Positions 10,708-24,557 of a DNA stretch of 64,000 nt are shown here, piece after piece. The position numbers were made by a program, and so were the translations under genes. Positions within the stretch are counted from its first letter, which is position 1; every line of letters begins with the position of its first letter. The notes below the pieces were generated by a model. That model made no database searches. It saw only the letters and a list, made by a program, of their open reading frames with translations, and was not told the DNA's origin. Source of the stretch: Podarcis gaigeae (lineage: Eukaryota); assembly GCA_964106915.2 (NCBI GenBank), contig OZ066922.1. One strand, 5' to 3'.

Positions 10708-13700
10708 ATATAATTGCACAAGTGGAGTTTGTGTGCATGTATGCTCTGTTCAAAAGACTCAGTGTACACAGAAGGACAGGGCCAGAAACTGTGATACTGA
10801 TCACACACTGAGAAAGAGGAGTCACTACCACAAACAACTCTGGAGCCAACTGACGATTCCCAGGTAAGATCCTCCCCCTATGGTGGGCAGGGTGGTCCCT
10901 CCCCCTACCTGTCCTGATCACCTGGCAACGCCTCCCCAGGCGGGATTGGACAACTGGCTGAGGTAGGCGGAGAACTGCAGGTACCCCACCTAGGGTCCAG
11001 GGGGCTGCACATGACCACGCAAAGGGCGCCCCCCTTTTAATGTGTGGAGTGGTCATTATGTGGGCAGCTTCATAGACATTCTACTTCCAATACATCTAGA
11101 GTGAAAATCTTAATTATTACAATTCACCTTTGCTGGATTCATCTCCACTGGATTATGTTCACCTGAGTAGACCTCAAAAATGCATTGTGCTACCAGAGTT
11201 TTGTGATTGCTCAGAACAGAGGATGCCCTCACAACACACTAGAATAATAGCATGTGTGGTCCTCAAAGTTAATATATTGCTTTTGCTTTTTTCAGAATGC
11301 TTCTGCTAGTGCTTCAAAGAGCAGAACCTTCACTGAGGGCATATTACACATTACCTTAATTATGTTTATATTGAAGGCAACTTTAGGAATTCTATAGGGA
11401 AAGAGGCTTAAATTGTCTCACACTGCTTGATAATCAGTATATGTGCAGCAACTTGAAGAAAAACCTGGAGGGGAAGTGGGGGGAAAACCCAGCCAATCTC
11501 TTGCTGCATTTGCTATTGAGCAGGTCAAGTACAAAGGGGCAGTAAATATTTACAAGCATCTTGGTGGAGCTCCACAATAAGGTATTATTTACTAGGAGCA
11601 GTGTAAGCAGACTTGCTGTGCATAATGGGACTCTAGCATAGCACAGTCAGGATATTAATTTGTATGAATAATGAATGTCATGCTACCGTGGTAGCAAGAA
11701 GTCTACTTCACGGTGAAACTAGGGAACCTGAAATGTGATCCTTCTCCCTAATTAAGTTGAGGGTTTCTTCCATTTTTTTTAATTATATGATTTTAAAAGC
11801 TATGCAAAATTTATAACAGAATTTCCCATCTCTATGAGTGAGTATTTCTACTTTTTAGAAGACAAACAGTTCTATAGCCAGGCAAAGATGTAATGTAGCA
11901 CATAAATATGTTAAAATAGACAAATGCACATAAATTTGAATTGTATGTGCAGCCTTAGCACTCACAGAGTCTTTCAATAGTGGGGCTGGGGGCTGGATGT
12001 GCAGCCTATCTAAACAATAATATCCCAGTTCTTCTGAGACTACTTCTTATTTAACAAGGGGATAACTATTTTTTATAAGTTGGAGATCTTCAGATTTCTA
12101 CATCACTATTGCTACATTTTTATCTATTGTACCTGAAAGGAAATCGGGTACGGGGGGGGGGGGCATCAATACTGGGACAAATTAAAAAGGCAGTCAGAAG
12201 GGACTCCAAATACCTGAGCTCTCCCTGCAGATGTTAGGGTGGGACCAGCATGCTGCACAATGCTGAGGCTGGCTCAAGGAGACACCACTCTGTTCGACCC
12301 TTGACATGCTGGCTAATGCATGGTAGGAACATATACACTGGACCTTTGTTTCAAGTGGAACAAAAAGAAATCTCTATTTGTGCCCCGCCAACCAGCAGAC
12401 AGAGTGGGAACATGAACAAATGCAAAACACAAACAATGTTGGCTTCCCTTGGCAATTGTTATTCCTTCTTGAAGAGCAGAACTGTTTGGTTGAAAGGTGT
12501 GCAGAAATGGCATGTGCCAGCAATTTTAATAAGTCTGAATTAGGTATGAGAAGTTTGGAATACATAGCTCTACCAGACCCAATTCAGCCATATCCCCTTG
12601 AGTCGAACAAAATGGTAGTTATCGCAAGGCAAAATCTTTCCTCATCATTTTTTTCAAGTGAAATGTAAGATAAATATTTTATTAAATTTATTTTTTTAAG
12701 CTACAAAAATAAACATATTGAAACTAAATGTTCACATTAGGAAAAAGTGACACATGGCCTGCTATATTCTTGAAATATTCTATATTTGTTCCAGAACATT
12801 GTGAACATTTCTCATTGCTTCTAATAGCTTGAATAACTCCTTCCTGAACTTGCATTTAAAATATTAATTTTCACAAATCCATACCTCTGTCACTCAGATG
12901 GGAACATTTTGTCCAAATTTCACTGCTGGAATGAAGTCCATGAGACTTTCCAGCTCCTATGGGGGTTGTATTTGGCTGCCAATGAAAAGGAGTCATGTGT
13001 GACCATATTTGGGACATGTCATACCATCACATTGGCCTCTTTCCTTCAGACACAGCAGCCCACACATGGGCCTCATTTAGTGGCATGGAATTAAAGGGTT
13101 GTCAGTGTTGACTGAGTAGGAATTTTGGGGGTGCTCCTTTTTCATCTACTCCATGCAAATATTGATTCGTCTTGGATGGATTTGATGCAGCTGTTTGGCT
13201 TACTGTCCTAACTTAGACCGCGTAGTGTGCGTAGGAAAGTTAGTTGTATCATTGCCATGGTAAATGCCTGAAGGCACCTTTCAAGTGAACAGCATTTGAG
13301 CAATCAACTTCACTGTACCACTCAGCTCATATTGACAGATGCTCTTGGGCACTGTAATCTTTACTGTGCTGAATGCTAACCAGCATGTGTAGGGTGGATA
13401 ACAAGAGCCCTTTCTGCTCACCTGCACAGTGAGTTGGCAATGAAACTTCGCCTTCTGGCTATAATGGTATGGAGGATTGAGCCAGGGTGATGTTACCCTT
13501 ATGAGAAGATACAGGGACTGTACCTCAGTCTCCTCAATCTAGAGCAGCCCTCAGCTAACTACAGTACTTTAGCTTAGGTTTAGATGCTGCAGGTTATTTA
13601 TAGATTAATCAGTGATGTTGTGACCTTTCATCTGTATTCTTTCCTCATTCTGAGCAATGGGGGCAATGGCGGAATCCCTAAATTTGCATAACTGTTCCGA

Positions 13701-14233
13701 AATAAGTGATGAAAAATACTTTCCCCAATTATATGCAATGTACGTTTTAACTGCTATTAATAAACTCACACTTCCGTGCTAGTCTTTTCAGACATTATAT
13801 AAGTAATATAGCAAAGCACAGAGTGAATTGTTCAGACATAAGATGTCTGATGATGTGTTGAGTGATGTTGAACTATAATCATCTCAATCTATATAATCTT
13901 TAATGACAGGGGGAACTCGTTCCTATGCGCACACACCCACAGCTTCACACCTCCTTTATTTATAATTCACCCTTTATCCAAATGAGCACTATAAGCAATT
14001 CTCCTATCAAAGAAGTCTCACTATTTATTTCTATCATACAATTCATCAGGTATGGTAGACACTTGGAAGGTCAACAGTAATCCCCTTCATTTGTTGAAAG
14101 TATTTATGAGGACAAGGAACAAGCCAGATAACACTGCTCTTGCAAATGCTCTCATGGGTCATTAGTGAATGTAAGTTGGGCATGTAAGGTGTGAATCTAT
14201 CTGCATATCGGGGGTGGAGGGGAGTATAAGGTA

Positions 14234-14362
14234 GAGTTAGCCATTGCAGTGATCTCCAGATGTTGGACTAAAACTCCCATCCCTGAACATTTCTGATACT
14301 GACTAGGGCAATGGGAGTTGTAGTACAACAACATCTGGATAACACCACATTGGCCACCCCTG
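14234..14362. mobile_element. Palindromic squamate hAT MITE (ggactacaactcccat...atgggagttgtagtcc family)
   Basis: Internal inverted repeat ccagatgttggactaaaactcccat / atgggagttgtagtacaacaacatctgg, ending CCCCTG. Confidence 0.7.
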
Positions 14363-15829
14363 GTCTACAGTATCTCAAAAATGAAGGAGGAATTCTTGAA
14401 CAATCTGTGTTGGTATATGCATAATGTCTCTTCATACAGCCACTGACTGTTTTTCATTCATTTACTGACCAATTTCCTGGTAAGTTTTGAAATAATGGTG
14501 GTGGTTCATTCTGCAGTCATGGAGGACTAATTAAGTTGGTCTGCATTCAGAGATCATCATGATGCAGGGCTCTGCCTCCCTATTCTCAAGGTAAGAGGCT
14601 ATGGATTCAGAGGTTACATCTGGCTAGAATGAGAATGTGCCTCTTGAACCAAATTGTGACACCTTCTCAGAAGTTCCAACACCAGAGAGCCTTTCTTGCT
14701 TGAATATGAAGACATAGTAGAACCATGGTAATCTCCTCCCTATGTGTGTGGCTCAGCAACTGCATCCCAGTTTTGGACCCATCCACCACCACCTCCTGGA
14801 GGGTTGGCAGTTATCTACTTTCACAAGCTTTCAATGCTTATTGTTGTTGGTTAATTGCATTTTAACTTATGGTTACAAAGCTTGAGATAACTTGTAATGA
14901 AGGGTGATATAAAGAGTCAAACATGTAAGTAAGTAAATAAATAACAAGTTTATGCTCCCCTAAAAAGTGTCCCCCATTCTTAGTTCAACATGTTGTCCAG
15001 TGTTATCCCCCATCTCCTACTTTTTTTCCCCACATGTTTAGACTTCTGGCAACTCACTTCATGTAGATCTTATGGCAAGTTGACTGGGGTGAGGAGTGGG
15101 AAATCACCTTGCAGTGAGCAATAAAATAGTTGCTTCAATCCAACAGGGAATCATATAAAATTTAAAATAATGACTCTCGATGAAATTCACATACTGTGCA
15201 GAGTCAGCAAAAGGCTATACTAAAGAAAACTTATTCCTAAATTCAAAATGAGGACCTATGCAGCGAAGTATTGAGATACTTCCTCAGAGGAGCAAATTTT
15301 ACACTACAGGAACAGCAAATTGAATGCCACTTTAGCTACCAGAGACTACTTTCAGAAGAAAGTAAAAGGAATATAATAAAGACAGGCAGGGTGGCTACAC
15401 AGGCTATAACATTTTGGTAATAATAGTAGAATGAGGGCAACTAATCTGGTATCTTCCATTAACAGTAACTTGAGAAAAAGACCAATTTTATCCTGAAAGA
15501 AATATATGGTCTCTGAAAATAAAACTTGCTTGAAGCAGCTCTCAATGAGATATAAAGACCAATTCTTAAGTGTTTTTTATATTACCATTTGGTGCAGTCA
15601 TCACACAAGAATAGTATGTGTTTACCTCAAAAACAAAAAAATGTAATGCATTTCATGTGGGGCAATCCATGAAAATTGTTTTAACATTGCAACTGGTTCA
15701 GAAAGCTGCCACTCAATTGGTATTATTCCAAGACCAAAGAAGCTAAACTGGGCACCAGTTTGTTTTCTGGTGCAGTCTGTCATGCTCATAAATGCCAACT
15801 GCTGGAGAGCCATGAAGTTGCAAAAATGA

Positions 15830-15910
15830 TGCCCTCCAGATTTTGTTGGACCACAGCAACTCCCATCATTGGCCATGCTGTCTGAGTCTATTGGATATTG
15901 AGGGGCACCA
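15830..15910. mobile_element. Truncated copy of the palindromic hAT MITE
   Basis: gccctccagattttgttggaccacagcaactcccatcattggccatgctg matches the family. Confidence 0.5.
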
Positions 15911-17428
15911 GTGGCATAGCATGTGTTGCCAGCACCTGGGACAAGGCAAGGATGGGGGTCCCCAACCTCATTGTGGGCATCACATGGGAGGCAACAGGTG
16001 GTATTTGCTTGCTGCACCTCTGTGGCAGCTGCTGCTCACAAAGGTCACCAGCCAGTTCACTCTCTCAGCTCAGTGAGATCCTGGTGGGAGTGGTGGCTGT
16101 AACCCTTTGGTTGGCTTGGCGGCAGCTCAGCAGAGATGGAGCCACAGCTGCAACGGGTCTAGGGCAGCAAAGAACAGTCCAAGGCACCAAGCACAGCCCT
16201 TCCCTGGTTGTCTCTCCTGGGCCACTCAGCTGAGAGAAGAAAGAAAGCCAAAAGGACTCAAGGCCAGCTCCATTTTATCCCTTATTGCCAACTGTGACTC
16301 AGAGTAGGTGCTGGTAGAGGCTATAGCATCTTCTCAGTGATGGCACAGCACTCATCAAGATGGAGATGGGGCAGGAGAAGCAGGAGTGAAGTTGGGAGAA
16401 CGCTAGGCAGCAGTGACCCTGCAAGTGCCAGTGTCCTTGTGTCCCTCAACCTTGCTGCTATTGCTTCCACCACCTTTTCCTGATGAGCACAGCATTGCCA
16501 CTGGGAACAAAGGCACTGAGCCACCACTGGCTCACATGCTTATAGGCAGCTATATTTCAGAGGCTCTATGCATATCCTGATTCTCTGACAGAGCTCTTAC
16601 TTAAGGAAATTCGTAAGTTATCTAGGCATTTTGTAAAATAGAGCATGCATCAGAGGTGACATATGCTATTAAAAAAACCAAAATAAATATTTGGGTCCTT
16701 TACCTTCCAGTATGTTTTATGGGTTAGAAGGACATCCACATCAAAATGAGATCTGGGATCATAAAAAAAATACATCCTCAGATACAGAGCTTATCCGACA
16801 TGGTGTCCTGTTGCAATTTGGAGAAGTCTCATGAGAGTCTAGCATAAAACAGAACATGAAGCAAGGTTCTTAGAATGTCAGCACATTTGTAATCACAATT
16901 TAAGTGTCTCCCATAAATTGAGTCTCGTCCTCTGTGACTAGAAAGTACAGAATGAAGGTATGTTGTTAGTTCATGATTTACATAGGACAAAACATACTCT
17001 CTAATGCTGTTAAGTAGGTGGGGGGCGTATAGATATATTTCATGCATACGAGTCTGTCCTCTGTGATGTCTCCATTTCTAAGCCCTGTTTTAGTGTTGTA
17101 ATGCTTCTAGATCACACTTTTTAAAAAAATTGAGTCAGCAAATGGATAGCCTGTAACATCAGAAAAGATGTAGTGTTAGAATTGGCTATTACGCAATTAG
17201 GTTTTATACGTTTCCATATGTTTCAAACTGATTTTTGACACCCAAGAGACAGTTTTTAGCCATATCGATGGGAAATAGTATGTTATGTTGTCCAGTGCTT
17301 TTCATGTTATTTGATCTATAGGCAATATGTGCTCCTCAAAGGCACATTAATGGGTTTAAGAAAGTGAAACAGCTCTCTGTCTCTTAGTTATGTGGATATC
17401 CTATCCTCATATCTAAGGACGGAATATT

Positions 17429-17595
17429 TGGGGAGAGGACTATAGCTCAGTGGTAGGACATCTCTTTTGCACATAGAAGGTCTCAAGCTCTGGTTTGTCC
17501 AGGAAGGACTGGGGGGTGGGGTCTACCTGAAACTGCAGGGGTGCTGCTAGTCACAGCTAGTGACACCAATAATCTGACTCAGTATAAGGCAGTTA
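17429..17595 (+). mobile_element. tRNA-derived squamate SINE (Squam3-like), diverged
   Basis: A-box tagctcagtggtag, and 3' tail tctgactcagtataaggcag, which is also seen at 10311-10330. Confidence 0.6.
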
Positions 17596-18299
17596 ATTGA
17601 TATGATCATATGTCATGAGTCACCAAAGTGTCTAAAATGGTGCTTAAGGAATAAAGGAAGCATATGGGCTTTCTGTGAAAGCAAGGATAGAAGTCTGTCC
17701 ATTAGTCTTTTTCCCAGTTTGGCTGCATTTTGAAAATTTATTGGCCATTTCTCCAAAACTTTAAAATAGCTACAATATCAAAACAATCCAATAAATCAAT
17801 TAATAAAAAAGAAATACATTACAATACTAAAAGCTGTCAATAGCACTGAATGACGAAAGGAACAAAATTTCTGTCATAAATAAAATATGAATTTCACTTA
17901 GTGCATCTCTTTATTAGGTGAAAGTGACATTTATTGGCCCCTGTGTAAAAGACAATCATCTGGTGCCCTAAGTCTGCCCACATCTCATTTCAAAACCATT
18001 TCCAGAGATTAAATAAACACATGAAAAATGACAAATGGCACCACTGTTCTAATTTATTATTATTGCCTTCCAAGAGCCCTTGCAGAGGCATTGTGCTGCT
18101 TTTAACTGACAAGTGAGCCAAGCCAGTCAGCCACCACACAAGAGTCACATCTCCCATTCCCAAGAGATAGTAAAAAATGCTTTTATTAGGGCCAATGAAA
18201 GGTGGTTCAGGAAACAGATATTGCTATGCATGATGGCAGCCTCAGTAACAGATTTATAATACATTGGAAAAGGCATTTCAGAGACTCAAAGTTAAGTTT

Positions 18300-18530
18300 C
18301 GGGGAGAAACTTGATTAAGTTTGGCATTTCAAGGTGAACTGATCTATTTTTGACTTTATGAAACAATGTGAGAACCAAAACACAGCAGTCCTTTGAAATT
18401 CTCACTTCCCCAAATTTTGTAAAGCCAAGAAATGTGTAAACTGGGGTAAGTGAGCATAAAATCCATATATTAGCAAAAATTGCATATTAAATTACATTCT
18501 ATCATGAAAATGTACTTTACAGAAATGTAC
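18300..18530 (+). mobile_element. Partial AT-rich hAT-like MITE (34514 family)
   Basis: ggggagaaacttgattaagtttggcatttcaaggtgaac...gaaattctcacttccccaaattttg is colinear with 34520-34625. Confidence 0.5.
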
Positions 18531-18582
18531 GGTATTTGAAGGTCACAGGGTGGGTTACAACACAGTTTAAAACAACTTACTT

Positions 18583-19084
18583 TTGAAGGTAACCTGGAAA
18601 CTACAACTAATCCTGAATGCAGCAGCTAGATTGGTGACAGGGAGTGGCCACCGAGACCCCAAAAAGCACCGGTCTTGAAAGACCTACATTGGGTCCAGTA
18701 TGTTTCCGAGCACAATTCAAAGTGTTGGTGTTGACCTTTAAAGCCCTAAACGGCCTCGGCCCAGTATAACTGAAAGAATGTCTCCACCCCCATCACTCTG
18801 CCTGAACACTGAGATCCAGCGCCGAGAGCCTTTTGGCGGTTACCTCACTGCGAGAAGCAAAGTTACAGGGAACCAGGCAGAGGGCCTTTTTGGCAGTGGT
18901 TCTGTGGAACACCCTCCCATCAGATGTCAAAGAGATAAACAACTATCGGACGTTTAGACGACATCTGAAGGCAGCCCTGTTTAGGGAAGTTTTTAATGTG
19001 TGACATTTTAATGTATTTTAAATCTTTGTTGAAAGCCGTCCAGAGTGGCTGGGGAAACCCAGCCAGATGGGCGGGGTATAAATA

Positions 19085-19131
<47 letters not shown>
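18583..19131 (+). mobile_element. L2 LINE 3' fragment with (ATT)n tail
   Basis: Translates to KLQLILNAAARLVTGSG...VLKDLHW...FRAQFKVLVLTFKALNGLGPV, the L2 ORF2 C-terminus. The 3' end is ccagagtggctggggaaacccagccagatgggcggggtataaa followed by ~15 ATT units. Confidence 0.9.
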
Positions 19132-19134
<3 letters not shown>

Positions 19135-20695
19135 GAATCTCATCAACAGAATCTCCATCCCAATTTGTGTTCCTCTCTACTCAGAAATAAGCCCTATGGT
19201 TAATAAGATTACAAAATTCCTGGTGTAGAAAAGATCAGTTTGCATTCTAGGATGAAGAATGGGCAGTGTCCCTTTGACAATACAGATGCCAACAGTTATT
19301 TGAATCCATCTCTGGTATAATTGGAATTCACAGGCCTCTTGTAAGGTACAGAGTAGAAGAAGAGAAACATGTGACAGTCCTTATATGAGCAGAGCTGGAT
19401 GTTAACATTAGATGACACAGAATAACCTATGATATCCATAAGACTGTTGTGACATGCTAGTCTGGGGACTTATAGAAAAACAAGTGGCAATTCTTCTATG
19501 GATTCTAATTCTATAACAACACAGAGAAACTTCTGGCATTACCAGAGTGACCTTGGCACTGACTGGGGAGGAGGAAGGGGAGAGACACATTGCAAAAGCA
19601 ACATTTGAAGCAGTGGGAAATCCTCATATGCACTCCTGCAAATTGAAATAAATGAGTTCAACATCATAGGACCTGTATATACCATTGGAAAAATGTATTA
19701 CCAGAATATGCCACAATCATTAAAGGGTGCATAATGGATCTTGACAGAATGACATTCTTTTCTTCCCTGCACAGGCAGGAAATACATACAGCCTGACAGC
19801 CAACCATAAAGGGAATATAGATTATATTGCTATGAATATGTATATTACTGAAGTTTGGGACTGTGCTAATGTTGAGTGAATTGAATTATTATACCATGCT
19901 GAAAATCACCTAAAATAAAATTAACTGAAGAGAAGGATGAATTAAGGAAGATAATTATCAAAATGAAACAGAGAAAGAGTAATGTAAATACTGCAAATTT
20001 GAGCAATGAAAGGCAATTTGAAATACCCATCCAATATAACAGTGCATATAACTCAAGTTTTACTTATTGACTGGCAAAGCAATCCAAAGGATGGGGAATC
20101 TGCCCAGGTGAGAGGGCATGATCATCTGGTGGAAGGGGTTCTCTCTCACTATGCTCGTTCCCTGCTCCAACTTGGGTGCTCCACCAAACAGATTGCCAAT
20201 AGACAGAAAATCCCCCCTAGGCTGCGTGAATGAGCTGCCCTATTCTGGGAGGGGGTTGTTTTATTGTATTCAAACCCCCTTATGGTCCAGTGAATTGGGC
20301 TGAAGTGGGTGGTTTGGGTTGCACAGCTACTTTAACTTGTATTTGTATAGCTTCTTTACCCCAAGTCATTCAGAACAGCTTACATTTAACGATGATAGCT
20401 TGCAATGTAAGGCTTGTAATACAAAAAGAAAAAGGGGGGGGGGAGAGGACAAATAAGTATCAAATGTATCAAGTATCATACTGTTACATAAAGAAGTTAT
20501 GTAATGACCCTGTGGAATGGTCACTAGAGGAGACAAAGTTGCAAGGGTGACAGCCAAATGGCAGTTGGTCCAGCGAACCCAATGGAGGGGGGCAGACTCT
20601 CATTCTCACCTCTCTCTTAGCTAAAAGCAGGTGGAATGGGTGCCGAAGGAGAAAATTCTGAGAGAAGCAAATGGCAGCTGGTGTCAGACAAATGG

Positions 20696-20769
20696 CGTGC
20701 TCTGGCATGCTCTGGTCCATGGGGTCACGAAGAGTCGGACACGACTAAATGACTAAACAACAACAACAA
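20696..20769 (+). mobile_element. 74-bp extremely 5'-truncated Bov-B insertion
   Basis: Bov-B 3' end ggtccatggggtcacgaagagtcggacacgactaaatgactaaa(caa)n, with a perfect 12-bp TSD tcagacaaatgg (20684-20695, 20770-20781). Confidence 0.92.
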
Positions 20770-21044
20770 TCAGACAAATGGATGGATGGAGCTTTGATTC
20801 ACCCCCTCTCTCTTAGACGCAGCCAGAAGGACTGGCTGCTTGTAGAGGCACTATATAGAAAATTGACATAATATGGATAATGTAATACAGTGAATTGACA
20901 TAATGCAGATCCCTTTTTTGATTATTATTATTTTTAAAAAACACACATAACATCTTATGAAGTGGGCTCTGGTCCATATAGTCTTATTGTCCCATAAAGC
21001 TGTTACTTTTTAAAGTATCACAGGACTCTTAATTGTTTCTAATG

Positions 21045-21240
21045 CCACAAGAACAGCACTGCTGGATCAAGCCAAAGTTTTACCAAGTCCAGGATTCTAT
21101 TTCCAAGAAATCAATAGCTGACCCACCTACACAAGCAAGACCTGAGTCTGAAGGTCTGGTCAATGTCCAGGCAATGTCAGCTTTCAAGCCAATTTCACCC
21201 CCAGGACATGTCATCAGAGAAATGCCTTTCTGAAGCCAGT
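21045..21240 (-). mobile_element. CR1-type 3' end (reverse), diverged
   Basis: aagaacagcactgctggatcaagccaaag...agtccaggattct, the same family as 60897-61030. Confidence 0.45.
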
Positions 21241-21403
21241 TTTGGGACTGAAATTGATGCACCTCTAAATATTAAGGTTGCAACCCTATATCCACCAGTA
21301 AATCCCACTGACTTCCATGGAGATTATTTCTGAGTGGACAGGTAAAGGCTTGTATCGTAAGTGATGTTATTGAGGGCTAGATTGGTACTTTAGTTTAGGC
21401 AAG

Positions 21404-21404
<1 letters not shown>

Positions 21405-21436
<32 letters not shown>
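21405..21436. repeat. (CA)16 microsatellite
   Basis: Read directly from the sequence. Confidence 0.95.
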
Positions 21437-21439
<3 letters not shown>

Positions 21440-22209
21440 CCAGTAAATGGCTCTGACTAATAAAAGCTCCATTTATTAAGCTGCAGATATTTCAGTGATC
21501 AGTACGTTGCACTGATTAATCAATTATTGTGCAGTCCTCTGTCTAAAACTCCACTTCAGTTTGTATAAAGTTAATAAAATTGTAGTCTGTAATAAAAAAA
21601 AAGTGACAATCTGTGCTTCAGTGAAATACATTTGGTAAGATATTATTTTTTAAAAGAAGTTTTGTTATAAAACATGCATGATGAATTAGTCATAAAAAGT
21701 CAAAACATGTAAAATTAATGTTAAAAGATGTAATGTATTTTTCCTATTCCTTTCACCAACTATAAATCATTTCAAATGGCTTTTAGGTATGAATGATAGC
21801 TTTGTGCAGAACTGAGATGGGCCTGTCCTACAAATTGATACTAATGGCATAAGAATTATTAAGCAAATTAACATGAAACTTTATGACTGTGGCTTTATCT
21901 TCCTTCTGCAAAAAGTGGATCAATGATGAAATGCGTTTCTAAAACCATGGAGATAGCTTAGGTTTGTTTTTTGGTTTGTTTTTATAAAATCTCCATGATA
22001 ATTTCTAAAACTCTTTAGAAGCTCAATCCACATCTCATTTGTGCTAATGTACTTGCTTTATGCCATCAATTCAAGTTCTTTGGGTTATTGTGGATGGCTT
22101 TAACTATCACACCTGCATTATAATTATGAAATGGCTTACTCTTAAGAAATCAATAATAACATTAGGGGTGAAATATCTTTAGGTATACAAAAAGCAGCAA
22201 CATACATTT

Positions 22210-23074
22210 TTGTTGTTGTTTAGTCGTGTCCAACTCTTCATGACCCCATGGACCAGAGAACGCCAGGCACTCCTGTCTTCCACTGCCTCCAGCAGTTTTG
22301 TCAAACCCATGCTGGTAGCTTTGAGAACACTGTCCAACCACCTCATCCTCTGTCGTCCCCTTCTCCTTGTGCCCCCCATCTTTCCCAACATCAGGGTCTT
22401 TTCCAGGGAATCTTCTCTTCTCATGAGGTGGCCAAAGTATTGGAGTCTCAGCTTCAAGATCTGTCCTTCCAGTGAGCACTCAGGGCTGATTTCCTTAAGA
22501 ATGGAGAGGTTTGATCTTCTTGCAGTCCATGGGACTCTCAAGAGTCTCCTCCAGCACCATAATTCAAAAGCATCAATTCTTCGGTGATCAGCCTTCTTTA
22601 TGGTCCAGCTCTCACTTCCACACATTGGGAAAACCATAGCTTTTACTATATGGACCTTTGTTGGCAAGGTGATGTCTCTGCTTATTAAGATGCTGTCTCG
22701 GTTTGTCATCACTTTTCTCCCAAGAAGCAGGCGTCTTTTAATTTTGTGGCTGCTGTCACCATCTGCAGTGATCATGGAGCCCAAGAAAGTAGATACCTCT
22801 CACTGCCTCCATTTCTTCCCCTTCTATTTGCCAGGAGGTGATGGGACCAGTGGCCATGATCTTCTTTTTTTATGTTGAGCTTCAGACCATATTTTGCACG
22901 CTCCTCTTTTACCCTCATTAAGAGGTTCTTTAATTCTCCCTCACTTTCTGCCATCAAAGTTGTGTCATCTGCATATCTGAGGTTGTTGATATTTCTTCCG
23001 GCAATCTTAATTCCTGCTTGGGATTTATCCAGTCCAGGCTTTTGCATGATGAATTCTGCATATAAGTTAAATAA
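22210..23074 (-). mobile_element. 5'-truncated Bov-B (RTE) LINE, ~865 bp, with frameshifted RT domain
   Basis: ORFs 22772-23047 (INNLRYADDTTLMAESEGELKNLL) and 22179-22784 (RRIDAFELWCWRRLLRVPWTARRSNLSILKEI) are Bov-B RT and C-terminus. The (CAA)n tail is at 22210-22220. Confidence 0.96.
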
Positions 23075-24557
23075 TATTTACATTTAGATATATATAAAAA
23101 GCAAACAAAACAAAACATTTCTAGCATCCTCTAGGTGACCTATTTATTTATTTATTGAGAACACACCTTGATTTGCTTGCACAAAGTTTACATTAGATTA
23201 TGTCTGGTCTATACTGTATTGAACATTCATTCCTAATTGTTTGTGGGGTTTCATATGTCTTTCTGTTAGCTCTTCACATTCCACACCTGCCACTTTCTGC
23301 AAAAAAGTACATATATCTTTAGAACACCCGACTAAGGAATTAGAATTCAATTTGTTTTACTAACTTCAGACAGTTGCAAGAAGATGGTTAAAGATGAGCA
23401 ATATGGCATGTAACAGACTTGTGCCATGATTCAAAACCAGCCATAGTGAATCCCCTAAAGCAGATGTAGTCTGGGAGTCTTACTGTAGATATGAATGCAT
23501 CAATTGAAGAAACATGTCAACATCCTGAAAATTATAGCAGAAAATATATTTTTATCAGTTCTTTATTTGAAAGCTTTGTTTTGTATCATTGTTTTTTGAT
23601 ACATTAAATCCTATTTTTTCCTATTTCCAGTGCAAAATTGTGTGATGCATGCTTATTTGTCAGATATTGTTGTCTTGCTCAACTTACTTGATAAAAAGGG
23701 ACCAAATCCAAGTTACTTCTGTCAAGTCAACACTGACAAGCAGTCAGCATTTATCTTAATTAGCCCTTAGATACATGGGAAGTGCCTAGTAATTGGCATA
23801 TTTCTATTGAATTTGACAGATACAACAAAAGTATAAGATAAGAGACAGATTTGATGGATATGAACTTTGCCATGAGGATTCAGTTTGGTTCAAAATTAAC
23901 TCACTTCACAAGCTCAAGTGAAGATCTATGAATTTTCACCTTATTGAACTTTTTTCTTTTGGATGTAAGCACAAAATGCTATTTGACACTCTCTGGCTCA
24001 TAGGTAGATTAAATTTTCATAAGCTTTGTAGCCTCAAGAGACCATGCTTTCTCCATTCTGCGAGGTTGTCTTAAAGGTCGAGAAAAGAATCACACCTACT
24101 TATTTCAGGATAACTCCCACAATTGCCCAGGCAGGCTGATCGTGGCTCACGAATGTGATGGAAACAACTGATAATGGAAACCAGTGTTGCATAAATTCAG
24201 GCCACAACTTGTATTGGTTAAGCAGTAGGCAAGCAGGGTTGGCATGACAGTAGAATAAGGATCAGTTTCTTATTCCAGCTATCCTCTTGCTAATGGAATA
24301 GCATTTCTCTTGGGGTTGGAAAGCACATTCCCCCTACCCACAACCCGGAGATGGCCAGTGTTGAATCTGGCATGGTGCAAGCCAAGCATCCAGGATGCAA
24401 CTGAGTAATGGAAAGGGAGAGATAAACCAGCCAGTCAGGGGCCCTACCTAAGCCTAGGGCAGGCTTTGAGTCAATTCGTCCTCTAGGTCCCTCATTTCCA
24501 CCTCAAAGTTGTGATAATTGTTTTCAATTGCCTAACATAAATAATAACATAAAGTTT

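Noticed and set aside
10670-11056. 128-aa GC-rich ORF or CpG-island promoter
   Set aside because: No recognisable homology and modest CpG content. Weak inverted ends suggest an old repeat that I cannot classify.
15909-16529. hAT element with CAGTGG...CCACTG ends
   Set aside because: The TIR match is short and there is no TSD. It is likely repeat-derived but unsupported.
16920-17066. Imperfect 17-18-bp direct repeat 130 bp apart
   Set aside because: It could be an old TSD, but the enclosed sequence has no retroposon or TIR features.
17429-17500. tRNA gene (also 24558, 32678, 41381)
   Set aside because: A/B boxes are present, but there is no cloverleaf and each continues into a SINE body.
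18996-19190. ORF with a poly-Ile tract
   Set aside because: It is a translation of the (ATT)n tail of an L2 element.
22179-23047. Intact reverse-transcriptase gene
   Set aside because: It is a 5'-truncated, frameshifted Bov-B fragment that lacks the endonuclease and the N-terminal RT.
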